Both the position numbers and the translations under genes were made by a program. A DNA stretch of 38,173 nucleotides, taken from the IMG/VR virus record IMGVR_UViG_3300020045_002114, positions 1 to 38,173 of that record; one strand, given 5' to 3'. Below the pieces are notes generated by a model. That model was not told the origin of the DNA and did not search any database. It saw nothing but the letters and a program-made list of their open reading frames with translations. Positions 33,265 through 38,173 of the stretch are shown piece after piece (positions within the stretch are counted from its first letter, which is position 1; each line of letters begins with the position of its first letter). Origin of the DNA: a virus. Taxonomy: Duplodnaviria; Caudoviricetes.

Positions 33265-34086
33265 TCACCAGAAGTTCGGATGTTTGACGGGGTTCTGCAA
33301 CGGAATCCACGGGTCGCCGCCGTAGTTCAGGATGTTGTCGAATAGGTCTTTGCAGTCCGTCTGCTTGTGATTGCAGCCGAGGATCAATTCGACCTCCATC
33401 CCAGTCTCCAGACCGCGCATGAGCCCGTTGAAGACGACTCGGGTTTCCGTGACATCCCGGATCGTCCGGTACTCGACGCCTTGTTCCGAGACCCACCGGA
33501 TCATGCCGTTGATGAACTTGCCCCTCGGGAACGGGTCAAACCAATTGGCGTTGAAGACAGGCACGCCGTTCTGGATGTCCACGACGGTAGCCGTGACCGT
33601 GAAGTCGTCCCGGTTGACATTGCACTGGCTGTCGCCCTGCGAATAAAGCAGCAGAGGGCACCCGACCTGCCAGCGCCGTTTGTTGCCCCGGCGCTTCAAC
33701 TGGATCAGCGTGCTCTCGCAGGTCAGGGTCACCTCGGGCTCCACGAAGGCGTTGGACAGCACGCGACCGACCCAGACCACCATGTCGTTGTTGTCGCCAT
33801 AGTGCCCTTGCCAGATCGTGACCGAGATCGGATACGGCGGCGGGTATGGGAGGATCATCTTGGCGAGGTTGCTGCTGGCCGGAAGACGGATGTTCAACTG
33901 GTCGCGCTCGACCTTGCCGGATGTCTTGTAGACCTCCCGGCTGATCGGCGCGGCGATGAAGTCGTCAACGTCCTTGGCCCCGTTGATGTATTTATAGCTC
34001 TCGTCGCTGCTGACCCCGTACTGGAACTGGTATTTTTCGTAGGGCCTGCCGCGCTCTTTGGATGTCTCGATCCCGTTGAAGCTCAT
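33265..34086 (-). CDS. DUF2163 / BR0599-like tail hub protein (273 aa)
   Basis: GRPYE.Y.F, C...LY....C, GC.H...DC...F.N..NYGG.PWIP..NP. Confidence 0.85.
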   Translation of the reverse strand: MSFNGIETSKERGRPYEKYQFQYGVSSDESYKYINGAKDVDDFIAAPISREVYKTSGKVERDQLNIRLPASSNLAKMILPYPPPYPISVTIWQGHYGDNNDMVVWVGRVLSNAFVEPEVTLTCESTLIQLKRRGNKRRWQVGCPLLLYSQGDSQCNVNRDDFTVTATVVDIQNGVPVFNANWFDPFPRGKFINGMIRWVSEQGVEYRTIRDVTETRVVFNGLMRGLETGMEVELILGCNHKQTDCKDLFDNILNYGGDPWIPLQNPVKHPNFW

Positions 34087-35333
34087 AGCTCATTGTTCTC
34101 CAGCGTTTGGATCGGAATGCTGATCGACGCCTTGTCCGAAGTTTGGAAGTCCACGTCCATGCGATCAGCGGCGAACCGGGCGCAGAGCACCCACGAAATG
34201 CCCCGGACGTTTTGAGGGGTGATCTCCGACACAGGAAGCGGCTCTGTGACGCGAAGGACCGATGAGTCGGTGTCCGGCAGCGCCTCGATATAATCGACCT
34301 TGTGCTGGCCGACTGTGCCGTCTGCGTACCGGATCAGAATGCGGCGGAAGACGGTCGAGTCCCGGTAGGCCAGCCCGAAGGACGTGCCGTTGATCAGGAT
34401 CGAAAGCCCGCCGCCGGAGAGCGAGGAGAACGGCACGTCGTCCTCCCATGTTGCCATGAAGAACTCCCTGTTCATCCCCTTGTGCCGCTGGAAGAAGTTC
34501 AACAGACCGTAGACCTCCTCGATATCCAGAGCGTTGAAGTTCGCCTTGTAGAGCCTGATCGGGTACTCGATAGCCCGCACGTTGTCGAAGATGCCGAACC
34601 CATAGTCCACCGGGAGCTTCACCCAAGTATAGGTGACCTCCACGCCGTTCCGCCAGTCGGGCCGGAAGTCGAAGAACTCCGAAGCGCCGACATAGACAGG
34701 GGCCGTGATGTCATCGATCTCGTAAAGCTCCTGTGCAAGGAAGTTGAACTTGACGGCCGTAGAGCCCGCCCGGCTCGTATAGTGCGAGGACTGCTGGTTG
34801 TCTTCCATGTAAGCGAGATACGCCGGGGCGCACTGGCTGTTGCGCTGAAACTCGGCGAGGCTTTCTTCCACGAAATCGATAGCCTCGTCATTGGAGGAGG
34901 ACACCGTGCGGGTCTCTTTGACGCCGAGGGCTTGCGATGCCGACAGCACGACGACCATGCCGGACTTCACCCAGAACGGGGGCAGCGTCTTGAACGTCCG
35001 GGTTTTGTAGCGAAGGTTGGTCTCTTCCGGGTTCAGCCACTCGCGGGCTAACACCGCCAGAAAGTCCAGCGTGACATAGACCGGCTTATTGCCCCAGAGC
35101 GTGTTCAGGTATTCCCATTGCAGCTTCTCCTCGCCATAGAGGATCGCCGACATCTCGACCGAGAAGCGCGGGTATTCCCGCACCGCCCGGCGCTGCTCTT
35201 TGCCGTTGTAAGAGATGATGATGTCGGACTTGAACTCCATGGAGAAGCGATAGGTCTCGGACCAGTTGTGACGCAGGGGCATGATTTTCCCTGCGTCATG
35301 GGCTGTCGGGTACTTGGTGGAGATCACGTCCAT
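34083..35333 (-). CDS. distal tail-like virion protein (416 aa)
   Basis: F.SDII.S..G.EQRRA.R..PR motif; lies between the tape measure and DUF2163 genes. Confidence 0.7.
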   Translation of the reverse strand: MDVISTKYPTAHDAGKIMPLRHNWSETYRFSMEFKSDIIISYNGKEQRRAVREYPRFSVEMSAILYGEEKLQWEYLNTLWGNKPVYVTLDFLAVLAREWLNPEETNLRYKTRTFKTLPPFWVKSGMVVVLSASQALGVKETRTVSSSNDEAIDFVEESLAEFQRNSQCAPAYLAYMEDNQQSSHYTSRAGSTAVKFNFLAQELYEIDDITAPVYVGASEFFDFRPDWRNGVEVTYTWVKLPVDYGFGIFDNVRAIEYPIRLYKANFNALDIEEVYGLLNFFQRHKGMNREFFMATWEDDVPFSSLSGGGLSILINGTSFGLAYRDSTVFRRILIRYADGTVGQHKVDYIEALPDTDSSVLRVTEPLPVSEITPQNVRGISWVLCARFAADRMDVDFQTSDKASISIPIQTLENNEL

Positions 35334-38173
35334 TATGCCAAAATCTCCTTCATGCTCGCCTTGTTCTTCCGCATCATGTTCAGGATCGCCTGCTGGCCGC
35401 GAGCCGTGTTGACGCCCTCGGCCACGAAGTCGGAAGCGTCAATCGCGTTGACGATCTTGATGTCGCCCCGGCCGCCCCCGGCAGACGCCATAGCCGCGCC
35501 GATGGTGGCCGCTTGGTTCTTCGGGTGGAAGGGGCTGTCCTCGGTCAAGACGGCTTCTTCCTTCTGGATGATGGCCGCCATCTCGTCATTGCCGAGCCCG
35601 GAGTTGTAGCCCGTGTGGAATCGCGGTGCGTTGGCCCACACCGCCGGGCTCACGCTCTTCGTTCGGTTCGGCATGTTCGCCCCGGCCGTCCCGGTGCCGT
35701 GCGGCGTGCCGGAGTGGAACAGACCGTTGGCTCCGGGGGTCAGGCCGAAGATGCCGGAGATCGCGTTGAAGATCGCCTGCTTGAGGATCATCTTGCCGAT
35801 GTCGATCAGGATTTGCGCGGCGGCCGTGCGGATGGCCGTGCCGAGCGCCTTCCACGCATTCTCCCCGTTGGCGATGGCCTGCGCGAACTGGTCGAAGGCG
35901 TTCACCAGATTGTCGCCGATGATCTGGCCGGTCTGCTGCCACATGGCGGCCGCAGCCTGCCCGGAGGTGCCGAGCTTCTGAGTCTCAAGCTGCGCCGTGC
36001 GCAGGGTCTCGATCTTGGCCTTGGCGTCCTCGCCGCCGATGGCCTCCCACATTTTGATGGCCTGATCGGTCGCGGCCTTGATCTCGCCGTTCAGAGCCGT
36101 GGCCTGATCGGTCGCGGTCTTGGCCGCAGCCGTGTTGCCAGCTTCGGTGTAGAGCTTCGCCTGCTTGAGCAGTTCTTCCCGGCGCGAGATCAGATTGTTG
36201 ACCGCTTCCTCGGCCTTCTGGATTTTCTCTTTGCCAGCCTGCTCCTGATACTGGAGGGCAATGCGCCGCCGGATCGAAGCCTCGATCTCGGCCGTGAAGG
36301 GGATGCCTTCCTTGGCGTACTTGGCCTTTTCCTTCTCGACCTCAAGCTCCGACTCGCGGGTGATCAGGTCCTTGTTCTTGAGGTTGTTGACGATCTGCGC
36401 CTGCGACAGCGCGGCCGCCTCGGCGTCCTTCAACTCCTGAGTCTTCTCGACGCGCTTGCCGTCTGCCTTCTCGGCTTCAACCGCAGCCTTGGCCGTGCCC
36501 TGATAGGCCGCCAGCAGGCCCTCGGCCACGGCCTTGCTGTTCTCCATGTCCACGGAGACCTTATCCAGCACCGTGCCGGGGCGGCCGCCGTTGGCCGCGT
36601 CAGAGGCGTTGATGTTCTTCGCGTTGCCCGCGTTGATCGCGGCGTAGATTTGCAGCAGGCCGTCGCCTTCCTTGACGCCCCGGTCCTTGAGGTACTTCCC
36701 CAGAGCCTCGATCTGCGTGGCGATGTCGGCCTGCCCCTCCAGACCGTACTGCTTGCGGACATCCGGGCTCGCCTGAAACAGACCGTAGTATTGGTTGTCC
36801 TTGCCGCCCATGATGTCCTTGCGGAACCCGGACTCGTACTGGATGACCGTGAGCAAGTCCTTGGACGACAGGTTCATTCGCTCGGCGAGCTTAGACACCT
36901 CGGCGACGATCTGCTGTAGTTCCTCGCCCTTGGGGGTCGCCCGGCCAGCGGTGAACTGCGCCTCGTAGTTCGTATACTTGGCGTTGATTGACGAACGGGC
37001 ACCGGAGATCAGTTCCATCTGCTCGCGGGTCAGCGGGCCAGCCTTCATGAGGTTGGCGACCAACTCGTCCAGCTTGGCCGTGTCCTTGAGCTTCTGGAGT
37101 TCCTTGGTCAGGCCGGGGATGAACTCTTTGATCCCGGCGAGCGTTTCCTTGAATTTGTCAGCCGACGCCGTGGCGTCATCGAACGCAGGCTTGGTCTCTT
37201 CGACCGTGCCGTTGATCCGCTTCATGGCGGCTTCGGCTTCTTCGGTGGTCCCTGTCAGGACTACCAGCGCGTCCTTGGCGTCCTTGTGCGCCTTGATGAC
37301 CCTCGCGGTCTCCTCGGCGTTCTTCCGCTGCATCTCGATATAGCCGACGAGCGTCTGCCCGTTCGGGCCGAGGTCCTTCGCAGCCAGAGCGAGATCGAGC
37401 AGTTCATCGGAGTATTGCTTGGCGTCAGTCTTCCCGGCGAGGAACGCATCGTTCGCCGCCATGATCCCCTTCTGGATCACTCGGATGTCGTCCGGGATCA
37501 TGCCGCTGTCGATTTCGAAAGCGTTGTTCATGTTCGCCCGGAGCGTTTCGATAGCGCCTTCGGTCTCTTTGATATTCTTGAGGAGTTCAGCAGCCGAGAC
37601 CAGCGCCAGTTCCTTGCGCCATGCCGTCACGGACTTGGTGTTCTGGTCGTAGGACCCCTTCACCTTGTCCATGATCTTCTGGTGCTCGGACATAGCGACC
37701 GTGACTGAGTCAGCAGCCGAAGCCCACGACACCAGCGCCGAGGCTACGACCGTGATGCCGAGACCGATCAAGCCGCCTTTCAAGCCGCCGAGAACGGTCG
37801 TCAACATGCCGCCAGATCGAGCGGTCGTCGCCATAGCGCCGCTCAAGACTGCCTGCTCTCGGGCCAGAACGCGCTGCTGGATCGCGGTCGCCTCAATCGC
37901 GATGGCGAAGTTCCGCATGCTTGTGATCGCTGCCGCCACGAAAGGCACCAGCTTTATGCCCACGAACGCGAGCATGGCCGTGGCCGCCAGCTTGAAGTTC
38001 TCGGCGATCACGCCAAGGGTCTTCGCCAGCAGTCCGAAGGCAGAGGAAACCGTCTGGGCGAACGCAAGGAAGTCGGCCGACTGGATCGTCTTGGTCAGCT
38101 TCACCAGCAGTTCGTTGAAGCCTTCAATGAACCCACCTTGGCCGAACGCGAGGAGCGCCTGCGTGACAGCGTT
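35333..38173 (-). CDS. tail tape measure protein with an embedded lysozyme/SLT-like domain (5' end outside window)
   Basis: Frame stays open to the window end (NAVTQALLAFGQGG...); Ala/Lys-rich helices; LLTVIQYESG...YYGLFQ; C-terminal APRFHTG...DE..AI....E.VL. Confidence 0.9.
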   Translation of the reverse strand, partial: NAVTQALLAFGQGGFIEGFNELLVKLTKTIQSADFLAFAQTVSSAFGLLAKTLGVIAENFKLAATAMLAFVGIKLVPFVAAAITSMRNFAIAIEATAIQQRVLAREQAVLSGAMATTARSGGMLTTVLGGLKGGLIGLGITVVASALVSWASAADSVTVAMSEHQKIMDKVKGSYDQNTKSVTAWRKELALVSAAELLKNIKETEGAIETLRANMNNAFEIDSGMIPDDIRVIQKGIMAANDAFLAGKTDAKQYSDELLDLALAAKDLGPNGQTLVGYIEMQRKNAEETARVIKAHKDAKDALVVLTGTTEEAEAAMKRINGTVEETKPAFDDATASADKFKETLAGIKEFIPGLTKELQKLKDTAKLDELVANLMKAGPLTREQMELISGARSSINAKYTNYEAQFTAGRATPKGEELQQIVAEVSKLAERMNLSSKDLLTVIQYESGFRKDIMGGKDNQYYGLFQASPDVRKQYGLEGQADIATQIEALGKYLKDRGVKEGDGLLQIYAAINAGNAKNINASDAANGGRPGTVLDKVSVDMENSKAVAEGLLAAYQGTAKAAVEAEKADGKRVEKTQELKDAEAAALSQAQIVNNLKNKDLITRESELEVEKEKAKYAKEGIPFTAEIEASIRRRIALQYQEQAGKEKIQKAEEAVNNLISRREELLKQAKLYTEAGNTAAAKTATDQATALNGEIKAATDQAIKMWEAIGGEDAKAKIETLRTAQLETQKLGTSGQAAAAMWQQTGQIIGDNLVNAFDQFAQAIANGENAWKALGTAIRTAAAQILIDIGKMILKQAIFNAISGIFGLTPGANGLFHSGTPHGTGTAGANMPNRTKSVSPAVWANAPRFHTGYNSGLGNDEMAAIIQKEEAVLTEDSPFHPKNQAATIGAAMASAGGGRGDIKIVNAIDASDFVAEGVNTARGQQAILNMMRKNKASMKEILA

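Noticed and set aside
22036-36919. Long + strand ORFs (22036-23814, 24038-25465, 26174-27919, 31096-32898, 35513-36919)
   Set aside because: Shadow frames opposite well-supported tail genes, as expected in high-GC DNA
1-38173. Prophage boundaries, integrase, IS elements or introns
   Set aside because: No host housekeeping genes, recombinase, transposase or interrupted conserved gene was recognised; lifestyle cannot be determined from this window

Overview
The window is part of a tailed dsDNA phage genome (siphovirus-like), probably infecting an alphaproteobacterium of the Rhizobiales/Caulobacterales type. The host inference rests on a GapR/DUF2312 homolog, CTTGAC-N17-CTA promoters, a CtrA box and a GANTC cluster. 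There are three blocks. (1) 1-~4440 is a compositionally distinct segment (about 50% GC by eye, versus about 63% elsewhere) of small + strand genes. It is almost free of GATC, rich in CGGCCG, and ends in a terminator followed by non-coding tandem repeats, paired palindromes and a TTAA/CtrA array. (2) ~4500-17879 holds + strand early/middle genes: DUF932-like, ASCH-MazG fusion, MazG-like, DUF3310-like, GapR, an MT-A70 methyltransferase and many hypotheticals. Three of its promoters share a CCAAC-N5-GTTGG palindrome. (3) 17876-38173 holds - strand late genes: tape measure (truncated by the window), tail tip module, beta-propeller and repeat fibre proteins, and lysis genes. The best candidate for an undescribed system is at 6894-7027, directly after the DUF932-like gene: two tandem circularly permuted tRNA-like modules (T-arm before D-arm, as in YrlA Y RNAs) with no Ro/Rsr gene or Ro-binding stem in view. 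Other strong signals are a possible T5-like first-transferred segment with a stop-signal-like repeat region, the apparent absence of CCWGG from the whole window, and a fibre protein with about 28 LPT repeats. All family calls come from recognising motifs by eye, and all counts are manual; no database searches were run.
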